Part shown: piece by piece, positions 51,152 to 64,000 of the stretch
How the letters are laid out: each line of letters begins with the position of its first letter
Numbering within the stretch: position 1 is the first letter of the stretch
From: Octopus vulgaris
Lineage: Eukaryota
Direction: 5' to 3'
Assembly (NCBI GenBank): GCA_951406725.2
Contig: OX597815.1
Coordinates: 161,138,001-161,202,000 of the forward strand
Length of the DNA stretch: 64,000 nucleotides
Notes under the pieces: model-generated
Told to the model about the DNA's origin: nothing
The model's database searches: none
Seen by the model: the letters and a program-made list of their open reading frames with translations, nothing else
Made by a program: the position numbers and the translations under genes

Positions 51152-52289
51152 CTACTAAGAGACCTTAAATTTTAGGTCTGTTTAACTGAAATTTACAAGA
51201 GGAGAATAAACAACGATTACACTTAGAAACCGATGAGGAAGCCTATTTGTGATCGCTGAAATTGCTTGAAATATCAGCCTAGTCCCACTCTGGCGTTCTA
51301 AATAAGGACTCGTCGCCCTTGATATTATGGGCGAGAAACTGGCACGTAAAATGACTCATTATCAGGCGAACCGAAATACTATTTAAAAAATTCGAGATAG
51401 TTTTTCATTGGCGTGCCATTTAGAATATCCTGCGGGCCGCAGCTTGCCCATGACCGGTGTAGGCCTACGTATTTCAGAAAATAACGATTAATCATGGCTA
51501 GAATGCATTTGATTCTCATGTATTACGCTTGCTTATGTAAATATAGTCGAAATGTTTTTCGACTGGTTCAAGGGAGATAATCGTTTCTTAAATGTACTGA
51601 ATTATTTCCCTTCATCACTTTCTGTTGTCTTTTAAAACTTTTGCAAATTGTTTGGAACCATCAGCTGTCAGCGAGTTTCCAGAAAAGAAAGAAACATTAT
51701 AAAATAAATATAAGATAAAAAATAATTGTCAACTTTTATTATATTCATTATATATATATATTGATTCCGGTATAAATTAATATTACTAAGAAATAATACC
51801 TGTCCCTGGTACATTGATTAAAAAAACTGCCGGTACGCTACATTAGATAGTTTGGGAAGCACTGGTTTACAAGATGGAAGGAAATTCAAACCGAATGAAT
51901 CATGATAGAATATAATTAAAACTTTTCATAGAATAGCTTGAATAGTTTAATGTACAATTAAACCAGTTTGTTGCAGAAAATTTCAAGAAGTAGGATTTTC
52001 AAACTATATTCGAAATTAATAGATATTTATATTACCTAGGTTTAGAAGTTCGCTTTACAATCACTCGCATAGGCAAGTGTGCCCCCAAACCTGCTGACTT
52101 TGTTTCCTCATAACTTTCAGAAAAATGGATATTATTTTCATGAAATTTCTTTTCATTATTTTCATGAGATTTTCTAGAAATAATTTCATGCAGTTTAAAT
52201 TCTAGTTGTATTGGAATTATTTGTGAAAAATATTTTTCGGTGTTTGTGAGGTGGTGGGGGAGTTTCGTTTAATTCAGTCATTTGATATT

Positions 52290-52530
52290 TGACATGTTCC
52301 TTCTCAAGCCATACCAGGCTCATAACAGCCGGTTTCCCAGTTTCAGTGGCATAGAAATTCCCCACCTGGACAGGACGCCGGTCCGTCGCAGGATTACTCA
52401 TTTTTGCCACCTGAGTGGACTGGAGCAATGTGAAATGAATTGTTTTGCTCAAGAACACACTGCATCGCCCGGTCCAGGAATCGAAACCACAATCTTACGA
52501 GCATAAGCTCAACACTCTAACCACTAAGCT
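52290..52530 (-). mobile_element. tRNA-derived SINE, family D variant with a V-domain-like body
   Basis: Minus strand: agcttagtggttagag...ggtttcgattcc...gttcttgagcaaaac...cctgcgacggaccggcgtcctgtccagg. Confidence 0.7.
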
Positions 52531-52876
52531 ACTACAAATATATTATATAATTTGTATATGATACTATAATAATATTATAATAAATTCATAGCGTGTCCCC
52601 ACAATCCACTGTCTTCCTCCCAACGCCTCCTTTCTCTCTAGCCACTCCACTCTGCCCCCTTAACCACCTGCGCCCACCTGGACCGTCTCAACATCCATCA
52701 GAGGGTGGTAGCACCCATTTTGAGAACCTATGTTCTAGATCAATTTGACGGCTTGCATAAAATGAAAAAAAAACACAATATCCCAGCCCAGTATAAAAGT
52801 ATTTAAAAAACTTTCAAAATATCAACTAAATTATGGATGGGAGATTACAATTTACACAAAACAGCCACACAAAGAA

Positions 52877-53135
52877 GGTGCAGGCATGGCTATGTGGTAA
52901 GAAGCTTGCTTCCCAACCACATGGTTCTGGGTTCAGTCCTGCTGCGTGTTACCTTGGGCAGGTCTCTTCTACTGTAGCCTTGAGTTGACCAAAGCCTTGT
53001 GAGTGGATTTGGTTGAACGAAACTGAAAGAAGCCCATCGTGTATATATATGTGTGTGTGCATGTGCATATATCTATTCGTGTGTGTTTGTCCTTCCACCA
53101 TCGTTTGACAACCAATGTCGGTGTGTTTACATCAG
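52877..53135 (+). mobile_element. SINE family A, 3' truncated
   Basis: Head and microsatellite are colinear with the reference copy. Confidence 0.8.
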
Positions 53136-53797
53136 ATACATTCACCAGTTCTCTTCATGCACTGCAGTCTCATGTTGCAGCCATTCAATCTGTCAGGGTC
53201 CTCATTCAACCAGTCATTGATGTTATTGTTTCATCATCATCTGTGTTCTGTCAAGCCCATTTTCCATCCACCCCATCCCCGATGATGTGAGCACAGAGGG
53301 TCTGAGCCCTCATAATATGGCCAAAATACATGCAAGCATGCATTACATACATACATATAGGCATGCATACCTACCTGCCTCTTTGTTGCTTCCTTCCCTG
53401 ACTACATACACACACACACATATGCACACGTCTGTGTTTGAGTGTGAGTGGGGTGTGTGCGAACATGCACTTGTGTGTCTTTGTGAGTATGCTAAAGTAT
53501 GGTGTTTCATCCTATTACACCAACATGTTAAACCTTAGTCATTCAGTAGATAGAAATCAATAAAACAATGTACCAGTCTCAGTTAACATTCTCGTAATAC
53601 ATCTGACGACTGAAACCAGTCTGGACGCCATAGCTGGCACGAGATATTTCTTGTCTAATTGTCCTTTTCCATAAATCATTTTCCATGTTGTCTCACTTTC
53701 CCTTTTAATAAACACACACACACACACACACACATACATACATACAAACAAACAATCCAGTACCCACAATACACTTTCAGCTTCATATGCATTATTA

Positions 53798-54030
53798 ATT
53801 TCTTTACTACCCACAAGGGGCTAAACACAGAGGGAACAAACAAGGAAAAACAAACGAATTAAGTCTATTACAATGACCACAGTGCGTAACTGGTACTTAA
53901 TTTATTGACCCCAAAAGGATGAAAGGCAAAGTCGACCTCGGCAGAATTTGAACTCAGAACGTAACTGCAGATGAAATACGGCTACACATTTCGCCCAGCG
54001 TGCTAACGTTTCTGCCAGCTCGCCGCCTTA
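53798..54030 (-). mobile_element. SINE family B with 16 bp TSD
   Basis: ttcatatgcattatta (53782) and ttcatatccattatta (54031). Confidence 0.9.
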
Positions 54031-54401
54031 TTCATATCCATTATTATTGGGGCAACAGGCTTCATACCTACCTATCTGGAGCAAAGTATGACTGATCTTG
54101 GAATCTAGAGGAGAGAATGCAAATCTTTAATTTATATGCTACAAATGGTCAAGATACCTGGGACGATAAAAATCTGTAAGACCCTCTTAAGACTTAGAAG
54201 ATGACAGTGAAATCAAGATGCTTCCCTTCACTATCTTGCTACCAAGTTGGTGGCCAGTTAAAATTTACTCTAAAATTAAAATGAGAAAGAAAAGGCATAC
54301 ATACAGACAGACGGAATGGCAGGCAGACAGACACACACACACAGGCACGCACATGCATGCACACATGCACACAAACACACACACACACACACACACACAC
54401 A

Positions 54402-54733
54402 TGTGTAGGAGTGGGTGTGTGGTAAATAACTTGCTTACCAACCACATGGTTTTTGGTTCAGTCCCACTGCATGGCACCTTGGACAAGATTTGGTAGATGG
54501 AAACTGAAAGAAGCCTGTCATATATGTGTGTTTGTGTGGCTGTGTTTGTCCCCCCACCATCACTTGACAATCAATATTGGTGTGTTTACATCCCTGTAAC
54601 CTAGCAGTTCGGCAAAAGAGCCCGATACAATAAGTACTAGGCTTACAAAGAATAAGTCCTGGGGTCAATTTGTTCGACTAAAGGCGGTGCTCCAGCATGG
54701 CTGCAGTCAAACGACTGAAACAAATAAAAGAAT
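54402..54733 (+). mobile_element. SINE family A
   Basis: Colinear with the reference copy, small internal deletion. Confidence 0.8.
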
Positions 54734-55377
54734 ACTACATACTGACTGAAAGGCAGGCAGACACACAAACACACACACAAACACGACACCACTTTCTATC
54801 TCTCTCTTTATTTCTCTTTCTTTCTGTCTTCGTATCTGCCTTTCAAACCCTCTCTCTTTTCTCACCTTTCCTTTCCACTTGGGATAGCCATACATCTCCT
54901 TTACAGCAAGATACCTATTCTCTATCCTTCTATTATATTTCAACTTCCTCATGTAAAGTTGCAAGTTATGAGGTGACTAACAAAAATAAATAAGTAAAAA
55001 CAAAATAAAAACAGTGCACTGAATAAACTCTGTAAAAATGGTGAGCATTAGAAAGGGAATCCAGCTGCAGAATCCATGCCAAAGTATTTACATTGGTGCA
55101 TGGCACCGTCCTCTGACGCAACAGACACTGTTAAATCATCCATCCCATACAAGCCCAGAAGCCGGATGTTAAATGATGATGCTGATGGTGGTGGTAGTGG
55201 TAGTGGTGGTGGTGTGTGTGTAGAGAGAATTTAATACCTGCATTTGAATATATTTATTCAACATTGATGATTCACTCCACCATTACTCCGAGTTTATTAA
55301 CCAATAAGAACATATGGACAAAGCAAAGAGACTGTGTAGAAGCAGTACTGTGAATTATCAGCTTTGAACCAATATAT

Positions 55378-55609
55378 TTCTTTTACTACCCACAAGAGGC
55401 TAAACATAGAGGGGACAAACAAGGACAGAAAAAGGGATTAAGTTGATTACATCGACCCCAGTGCGAAACTGGTACTTTATTTTGTCAACCCCAAAATGAT
55501 GAAAGGCAAAGTCAACCTCGGTGGAATTTGAACTCAGAACGTAACGACAGACAAAGTACCACTGAGCATTTCGCCCGGCGCACTAACATTTCTGCCAGCT
55601 CACCGCCTT
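55378..55609 (-). mobile_element. SINE family B with 20 bp TSD tcagctttgaaccaatatat
   Basis: TSD at 55358-55377 and 55610-55629. Confidence 0.9.
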
Positions 55610-55987
55610 TCAGCTTTGAACCAATATATAAATGTATGTGTGTATACATAATGGGACACACAAAAGATATCAGATAACAAAATAGCTGAAATGAATAATA
55701 GGTTGTTTAGACTATGTCCTGTACAACATCTGTGCTCACATAACAACACTGCATCACAACTTTTTTACTTCAACTGATCCTGCCTTATCCAACATGAAGT
55801 AATCAAAGAAAAAAAAGGAAAATGTTCCATAAGATTTAACTGCTACTTGGATGTATTCTTTCACAAAATACCATACAAAATGGCCAACATCCAAACACAT
55901 CTTACATCTCAGCATGATGTTCTGAAACATAACTTAAAAGACAGCCCTGTTTGGTGCTATTAAATTAGACATTACATAGACTAACTG

Positions 55988-56377
55988 GTGGAGACGCAAT
56001 GGCCCAGTGGTTAGGGGCGCAGACTCGCAGTTGTAGGATCATGGTTTCGATTCCCAGATTGAGCGTTGTAAGTGTTTATTGAACGAAAACACCTAAAGCT
56101 CCATCAGGCTCCGGCAGGGGGTGGTGGCGAACCCTGCTGTACTCTTTCACTACAACTTTCTCTCACTCTTTCTTTCTGTTTCTGCTGTACCTGTATTTCA
56201 AAGGGCCAGCCTTGTCACACTCTGTGTCATGCTGAATCTCCCCAAGATCTACGTTAATGGTACACGTGTTTGTGGAGTGCTCGGCCACTTGCTCGTTAAT
56301 TTCACGAAAAGGCTGTTCCGTTGATCAGATCAACTGGAACCCTTATCGTTGCAACCGACGGAGTACCAACAACAACA
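55988..56377 (+). mobile_element. SINE family C, full length
   Basis: tRNA head with A and B boxes, (CAA)n tail, flanking acatagac repeat. Confidence 0.85.
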
Positions 56378-56481
56378 TAGACCAATTATTGCCAAACATA
56401 TCTAAGTTGTCTGAGTTATAAATAAGCAAGTTCAAATATTCTCATTTATCATCACTTATTGCCTTTTTTTAATGCCCACAA

Positions 56482-57230
56482 AAGTGTGGTTGTGTGGTTC
56501 GAAGTTTGTTTCCTAATCCACGTCATTCTGGGTTCAGTCCCACAACATGGCATGTTGGGCAAGAGTATTGGTTTTTTTATCTCCAGGCCAACAAAAGCCT
56601 TGTGATTAGATTTAGTAGGCAGAAACTGAAAGAAACCCATCATGTGTGTATATGTATGTATCTATGTTTGTGTGTCTTTGCATTTGTTCCTCACCACTAC
56701 TAGTGCTGGTATGTTTACATCTCTGTCACTTAGCGGTTCAGCTAAAAGAAACTGATACAATAAGTACCATGCAATAGAAAATCATCATCATTATCGCTTA
56801 ACATCCGCTTTCCATGCTAGCATGGGTTGGACGATTTGACTGAGGACTGGCAAACCAGATGGCTGCGCCAGGCACCAGTCTGATCTGGCAGAGTTTCTAC
56901 AGCTGGAAGCTGTCTAATGGGTAAAGCTTAAAGACACCCTTCAGTCATGAATGACTATAGGATTGTACCTAAAAGAGTTCCCCTCTGAGGCACAAGTCCT
57001 GGCAAGGTTGTTTATGGAAGATCAGCCGTCACCCATGCATATCAGCCTCCCCTCTGAAACTGGTATGCATGGGCGACTGATGTTATATAGGGGAAAGGCA
57101 AAGGCCAACACAGCTTGGCACCAGTGACATCGCAACTCATTTCCACAAATGAACGAACTGGAACAATGTGAAATAAAGTGTCTTGCTCAAGAACACCACA
57201 CACAGTCCAATGACTGAAAGAAGAAAAGAT
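56482..57230. mobile_element. Nested cluster: family A SINE (+) interrupted by an RTE tail (-, 56782-56910) and a family D SINE (-, 56930-57200)
   Basis: Segments match copies elsewhere in the window. The family A terminus cagtccaatgactgaaa reappears at ~57203. Confidence 0.65.
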
Positions 57231-57239
57231 TAACATATC

Positions 57240-57484
57240 TACTCTTTTACTTGTTTCAGTCATTTGACTGTGGCTATGCTGGAGCACCGCCTTTAGTCGA
57301 GCAAATCGACCCCAGGACTTATTCTTTGTAAGCCTAGTACTTATTCTATCGGTCTCTTTTGCTGAACCACTAAGTTATGGGGGATGTAAACACACCAGCA
57401 TCGGTTGTCAAGCAATGTTGGGGGGACAAACACAGACACACAGACATATACACACACATACACGCACACACACACACACACACT

Positions 57485-57534
<50 letters not shown>

Positions 57535-57630
57535 TGACGGGATTCTTTCAGTTTCCTTCTACCAAATCCACTAATAAGGCTTTGGTTGGCCCAAGGTGTC
57601 ATGCACTTACCACACAGCCACTCCTATGCC
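57240..57630 (-). mobile_element. SINE family A, ~110 nt upstream of the KNRY exon
   Basis: Colinear reverse complement of the family. Confidence 0.8.
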
Positions 57631-57741
57631 TGTCTGCATTCTTATATGATTTCTTGCTTTACCAATATCTCATTAGCTTCTTTCATTCCATTTATTTTCA
57701 TAATGGAAACTGGATGTTTTATTCATTTGCCTTTATTGCAG

Positions 57742-57823
57742 TTGCTTCCAAATATCTGTCCAAAACACTCGGATCTGCCACTTGGTGTGGAAGAGAAAAA
57801 CAGATACATCGATGTGCTTCCAA
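57742..57823 (+). CDS. Receptor-type PTP, first catalytic-domain exon (LLPNICPKHSDLPLGVEEKNRYIDVLP), PTPRR/PTPN5/PTPN7-like
   Basis: Acceptor ctttattgcag, donor a|gtaagt (phase 1). Contains the KNRYxxxLP phosphotyrosine-recognition loop (PTP motif 1). Spacing from EF to KNRY resembles KIM-family PTPs. Confidence 0.9.
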
Positions 57824-58719
57824 GTAAGTTTGTTGTTATAAATCTTTTACCAATTCCTAATCTCTAAATGTCTGAAACAAGTTATTTGCTAATAAGATTA
57901 TCACTTTCCAGACTGTTAACCTCATCTAGAGTTTATATTATTATTATTGTTATTATTATTATTATCATTATTGATAATAATGGGTTTAAAAGGTTTCTGA
58001 TATTTCAGTCAGTTTAATCTCCCATTGTCATCCTATATCTTCTTCCTGGACATGATACAAATTAGAAAGCATTATTTTCAAACTATGGATGAAAACAGTG
58101 GCCTTATGGACAAGACAAATTATTACTCTTAGCTTAAAAATAAAGCTTCTAATTGAATTCCAGTACAGTATGATGTACACATCCAGGAATAAGACACCTG
58201 AGATAAACCAAATAAAAAATTGTATAGATGTCAATATTAGAAAATATTTCATATCTTAAAATGAGATTAATAGTCTGGAAAATTATCTTAGTTGTGAATC
58301 ATATTTTTTTAATACTATTTATTTATTTATATATTTATTTATTTATTATTTATTTATTGGTAATATAATCTTTCTGCAGACATCAGATCTAGCACTTCAA
58401 CTCCATTTAAATATGTTTACTTTGAAATGAATCACTTAGAATGAAATGGAAAAATATATTACCAACAATATAATCTCACAACAACAGATTTAATTTGTGG
58501 CTTATATAATTGAGAATCAATCCACATGCCTATCTGATAAATGCAGAATCAATAGCAGTAACAGCATACCACCACCCTGTTTGCTAGTGTGTCAATGCTT
58601 AAATTAACCACCTACATTCCTATGAGAAGGTGCACCTCTAAAACTGCTACCTTCTTGTGAAAAAACTATTTACTGGTAGCAGTCTTGTACCATGGATTTG
58701 AACTATCTATGTGCTAGAT

Positions 58720-58954
58720 CAATGGCTTTTAACTAGGGTCCTTATAAGATTTTGTTGCTAAAATTTATCAGCAATAAATTTCTTATACTTCTACTATATG
58801 CAAAATATTTAACAATTTTTTTTAGACAATTCCTAGTAGTACTTAATTATAAAAATATAATAAGATTTTTTAAACATTAAATGATTAGGAGGGCCCTATA
58901 GAGTAAAATAGGAACCAAACAGGTTTATAGACAAAAAATGGTTGAGAAACAATA
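58720..58954. mobile_element. hAT (Charlie-like) MITE
   Basis: 8 bp TSD tgctagat / tactagat. Degenerate TIR caatggcttttaact / ggttgagaaacaata. Confidence 0.65.
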
Positions 58955-59674
58955 TACTAGATTGAGCATCCCTCACTATATATGTTTAAGTTACATATGA
59001 AATTAACTAACTTAAAGAATGGACTTATTCTAAGCATACATCATTATAAAAGAAGGATTCAATTTACTATTTGGTAACTCTAATTACTGGCCTACCAGTA
59101 ATCATTCTTACAGAGTAAGTTATTTCTAACTAAGGCTTTTACTGCTAATATACAATGATACTGTAAACAACAGGTTTGCAGAATTGTCACAAAGCATACT
59201 ATCAATAAATCTCAATGGTATTTCTTTACTACAACCTCTTTTTTCTCTATGCATCTGCTAATAAAGCATTTACATTATGAAAGAGAAAACCACACAGTTT
59301 GTCTCTAGAATGTTCTTGCTCTTTAAGAGCCTTGGAGCTTTTCATCATGGTAGAACCCTATCTCAGTGACAGGTACCTTTGTGGTTTTCAAGACAGAATG
59401 TGCTTTGTCATTCAGGGCCCTACCAATCAGCTCTGCCTTAATGGCACTCCCTTTGGTAGCTCTGAGTAATGATGCTCTTATTTTATATGGTCTTTAAAAC
59501 AACCAATAGCTAAATACACCATTTACATTATTGCAGTTCAATTTACTCACTTTCCAGGTGGGCAAGCCATGTGTTCACTTCTTCAGCAAGACAACAAATC
59601 CACTCCCTCTTCATGGTTTCTTATTCCTCCAGCTTATACTGCACTCCATTGAGGAGGCTTATCTTGCAGCTCCT

Positions 59675-59877
59675 TAGTGGCCTCACTGGTGCTGGTGCCA
59701 TGTAAAAAGTATCCACTACACTCTGTTAAATGGTTGGCATTAGAGAAAGTATCCAGCTGTAGAAAGTGTGCTAAAGCAGACGCAGAATCTAGCAGAGCCC
59801 TCTGGCTTCTCTGTTCTTGTCAAACTATTCAACCCATACCAGTATGGGGAAAAAAAGAGCATTAAATGATGATGATG
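59675..59877 (+). mobile_element. RTE-tail retroelement
   Basis: ggtgccatgtaaaaag...caacccataccagtatgg...gatgatgatg. Confidence 0.7.
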
Positions 59878-59884
59878 GAGATAT

Positions 59885-61041
59885 GAGCTATGCAATTTGA
59901 AATGAAATGAAAAGGCAAGCTGTAATTGTGGTTTTGAAGGCTAAGCATGGTGATTTAGAAATTTTTCATTTTCTGAAAGTTTCAAGATCTTTTGTCCACA
60001 AGGCTGGTGTGAGTTAGAGAAAGAAAATGGAAGTGTATTACTGGTTTCAAAACGTAAAAAAAACATTTCAAATGCTCTGATTCTATCAGGACACCTGAAC
60101 TTATTCAGGAACCTAAGAAGAACATTGAAGACAATCCAGGAAAATCAATAAGGCCAATTGCAAAAAAATTTCATGTCAGAAAAAACAGTCAGTAATGTGA
60201 ATGAAGGCATCTGATACAAATCTTAAATGATGAGGAGAGGTCAATTCATGTCAGGAAAAAACAAGAGAAAGCCGTTTAATCAGATCCAAAAGACTTTTGA
60301 ACAAACTCTAAAAATCCATCAGAAGATGGTGCTATTTGGATTTTCTCAGATGAGAAAAACTTTCACCAAGACCAGAAAACTAACAGAAGAAATGACAGAT
60401 GGCTATGTGTGGACCTTTCTGAGGTTCCAAGAATAATGCACACAAAATTTCCTGCATCTGTCATGGTTTTGGGTGTTGTTAGCAATGAAGGACATGTGAT
60501 GTCTCCTCGCATTTTTTCCACAAGACCTTAAGGTGAATGTTGTTGCATATATTGAGGTTCTGGATAAAGTTGTTAAGCTTGGATCAACAGTGTATGCAAT
60601 GGAAGGCCTTATGTCTTTCAACAAGTACTTCATCACACAAGGCTCAAATGACACAAGAATGGATGGCCAATAATTTGCAAGATCACATTACCTCCAACCT
60701 TTGACCTCCTAATTTTCCAGATCTCAATCCACTGGACTACTATGTACTCAGCATCATTGAGAAAAATGTCAATGAATACCCCCATAGTACCAAAGATTCA
60801 GTGAAAGCCGCCACATTTTGAGTCATGTCTGATATGAACAAAGACAATTTAATCCCTGATTGTAAACGATTTTGACCCCAATGTTATTGATACTTATGAT
60901 GGTTTTATTGAATGAAATTATCAAATTGATAATTTAGCTTTGTTTATGTTATTTTTATAAAAATACAGTTTTCTTCTGTTATTATATAAGCGTTTTTTAG
61001 AACCATAAACCTGTCCTCAAATACTATCTGCACACCCTGTA
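59885..61041 (+). mobile_element. Tc1/mariner-superfamily transposase pseudogene (DD37D/maT-like)
   Basis: FSDEKNFHQDQKTNRRNDRW at ~60342, *PPNFPDLNPLDYY at ~60701, 3' terminus ...gcacaccctg-TA. Confidence 0.85.
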
Positions 61042-61420
<379 letters not shown>

Positions 61421-61568
61421 AAATAAAAGAAGTTAATTAATTCCTTTTCTTCTTCAGTATTAGATGACAGAAACAAACACTTAACCAATATTTCAAAAAT
61501 GATTTTCGCACATTATCATATGCAAAACTATTCATATATTGTTGCGTATCTAAAATGTTTCAGTTTGT

Positions 61569-61602
<34 letters not shown>

Positions 61603-62002
61603 ATTTGTATGTGTGTGATATCTTTTTCTTACCAATCAAATGAATATGATAGTTTATAATGCATACACTAGGTCATCACTAATCATACGTTTTGTGAATT
61701 AGAATAAAGCAGTAAATCCATTTAATTCAATGTTCTAGCTTATCTTAGACGTTAGTAGAAGAAACCATACTGTGTACAGTGCCGGGTGAGTGATGCGTGT
61801 AGTGGAGATAAAATGTTTAATTAGAAGCTGACAAACATTGATATCTAATCTAACAGAGAAGAGACTGGAAAACCATAATGATGTTCAAGTCCTATCAGCG
61901 TGTTTGCTGATTATTGTTCCATATTAAATTGGTGTCAGAAATATGGTGTGTAATATTATATACAGGTGTTGTGTTTCTTAGTGTGTATTTATGTGTTTAT
62001 AT

Positions 62003-62148
62003 ATGAGGTGGTGGCTGAAAAGTTCCTGGCTTTAAGGGTATTGAGAAAGGTCTGGCTTGAGGCCCAGACTTCTGAGTTCTTTTATAGGACTTAGAAAAAT
62101 TGAGTAACCGCTGCAATAAGTGTGTGAATCTGAGAGGGGATTATATTG
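62003..62148 (+). mobile_element. Truncated mariner MITE (family of 15425-15614) fused to a SINE
   Basis: TIR ggctgaaaagttcctggcttt and transposase C-terminus RCNKCVNLRGDYI. Confidence 0.7.
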
Positions 62149-62452
62149 GGCCGACCAAAGCTTTGTGAGTGGATTTGGTAAACGGAAACTGAAAGAAGCC
62201 GGTCGTATATATGAATATATATGTATATATGTATGTGTGTGTATATGTTTGTGCGTCTGCGTTTGTCCTTCCAACATCACCTGACAACCGATGCTTGTGT
62301 GTTTATGTCCCCATAACTTTGTGGTTCGGCAAAAGAGACCGATAGAATAAGTACTGGGCTTACAAAGAATAAGTCCTGGGGTCGATTTTCTCGACTAAAG
62401 GTGGTGCTCCAGCATGGCCACAGTCAAATGACTGAAACAAGTAAAAGAGTAT
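62147..62452 (+). mobile_element. SINE family A, 5' truncated, young
   Basis: Near-identical to the 3' two thirds of 47595-48027. Confidence 0.85.
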
Positions 62453-62702
62453 ATATAAACGTGTGTGTGCGTGTGTGTGTGTGTGTTGTCTGTGTGTGTG
62501 TGTGTGTGTGCGTGCACCCATGTCATGATTTCACATGATAGTTCAATCTGTGCCAAGCAGCTTTACTCTCCGTGCTTTAGCTTCATTATTATAGCAACAG
62601 ATTGGATACTTATTGATCAGACCATGTATAAGCACACATATATAAGTTTATATATACATGCATGTTTATATATGTGTGTGTGTATATATGATAGGGTGTG
62701 TA

Positions 62703-62740
<38 letters not shown>

Positions 62741-62779
62741 GAAGAAGGAAGGAGATAAGAGAGAGAGATAGTATTTATC

Positions 62780-63760
62780 CACCAACACCCCTTCAACAGG
62801 TTTTCAGATGAATGATATGAACAAGAGAATCCGTGTTGTATAGAGGCTGCAGCTGGCATTGAAGATCAAACAGGTAGTAAGTGGAGTGCTTTTAGAGAGT
62901 TACAGGTAGCAGAGTGGTGAGAGGGTGTTGAGGCTTGGGTTACTTTCCAACCTGCTTCAATTGATAACACCAAAGAAAAAAGGTGGATAAAATCTCTTCC
63001 AAGGAGAAATGTATGCAGATGTTAAGAAAGCATGAGCTAGTTGGTTGGCAGGACTCAATAAAGGAAGTGCCTAAGACATGTTAAGTCAACATACTGAGTG
63101 GTATCAGTTCTACTGAGCTGATATCTATTACATCAAATCCCTGATTCAGACTGTCTGCAACACCTTACCAAACTCATCAGTCCTTTACATATGAGCAAGA
63201 GTTAAGCACTTTGTTGTCCCTTCTGTATTGTTAGATGGTCCCATCAACATCCCCTCAGCAGTTGTCTCAGAACCTTAACCAATGGCTGTTTCTACTGGTG
63301 ATATGACAACTACTCAAGGCAGTTGTAGTGGTGACCACAATAGCCATTCAGTCTTCAAAATGCTACATCCAGAAGGAAACCATCACTTTTCTCAAAGTCA
63401 GAGAGAACCCTTTTTCCACTGAAATATCAATGAGCCTGCCTGATTTCCAAAGCCCCACTCTAACAGCTGAGAATCGATCTTGTCAAACACTTAAAGTTCT
63501 CATAGTACATCATGTAAACAGCACTCTGCTCAGACATTGATTATCTTCACAGCTTTCACTAGGCAGGTGATTATGTGAGATACGACCATGTACTGGAAAG
63601 AACAACTGGAGGAGTCTCATGAAAGGAAGCCTGCCAAACATCAGGTGCTGATGTTGGACAACATTTGAAGATGTCGAGTATCAACTTGTAGATAACAACT
63701 TGCTGTTGGAACAGTCTAAGTCCTGAAGTGAATTGGATGATAATCTTCAGTAGCCTGATA
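62780..63760 (+). mobile_element. Decayed non-LTR retrotransposon with restriction-like endonuclease (HERO-like)
   Basis: QHPLSSCLRTLTNGCFYW*YD (zinc knuckle/RHD region, ~63245) and LCSDI-IIF..RQVIM*DTTMYWKEQLEESHERKPAKHQVL (PD..E..K-type RLE, ~63525-63650). Confidence 0.7.
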
Positions 63761-64000
63761 GTAAAAGTACTAACTTACATATATGTGTGTATAATTATGA
63801 GATATTTGTGTACATGTATGTTTGCCTGCATGTACATAGCTCAGTTCAGAATCATGCTGTTTTTCCAGTTTTATTTTAAAGCTATGAAACAGAACAATCT
63901 CATCATCTGAACCATAGGAATGCTTTTGCAAATTATTTTGTTTTCTGACATAAAGCATGCCCTCTGAATAATCCCTAGCATAAGCCATTTCGAATATCAA

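Noticed and set aside
59230-59670. Possible RTE endonuclease remnant on the minus strand
   Set aside because: Only a weak HEEGVD-like trace is visible, too decayed to support a call.

Overview
AT-rich, microsatellite- and transposon-dense eukaryotic DNA. The repeat families look like those of a coleoid cephalopod, probably Octopus (recognition only, not a database result). The window lies almost entirely inside one + strand multi-exon gene for a receptor-type protein tyrosine phosphatase resembling the R7/KIM-PTP group (PTPRR/PTPN5/PTPN7). Five coding exons join in frame with canonical AG/GT sites: 6852-9022 (end of signal peptide, ~600 aa Ser/Thr-rich mucin-like stalk, Cys-containing globular domain), 36243-36365 (TM helix), 38416-38571 (KIM-like motif), 44560-44640 (linker) and 57742-57823 (KNRY motif). 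The rest of the catalytic domain is not visible in the window. Introns hold at least four tRNA-derived SINE families, decayed RTE, CR1/L2 and HERO-type LINEs, Tc1/mariner relics and hAT, piggyBac and mariner MITEs, some nested. The most unusual items are a head-to-head tRNA-like hairpin fused to a minimal hammerhead ribozyme (35154-35522), further hammerhead-like relics, a ~207 bp templated copy of intron sequence inside a SINE, and a CpG-retaining intronic block near 48-53 kb. Most short ORFs in the supplied track are microsatellite or SINE artefacts. Repeat boundaries are approximate unless a TSD or TIR is given.
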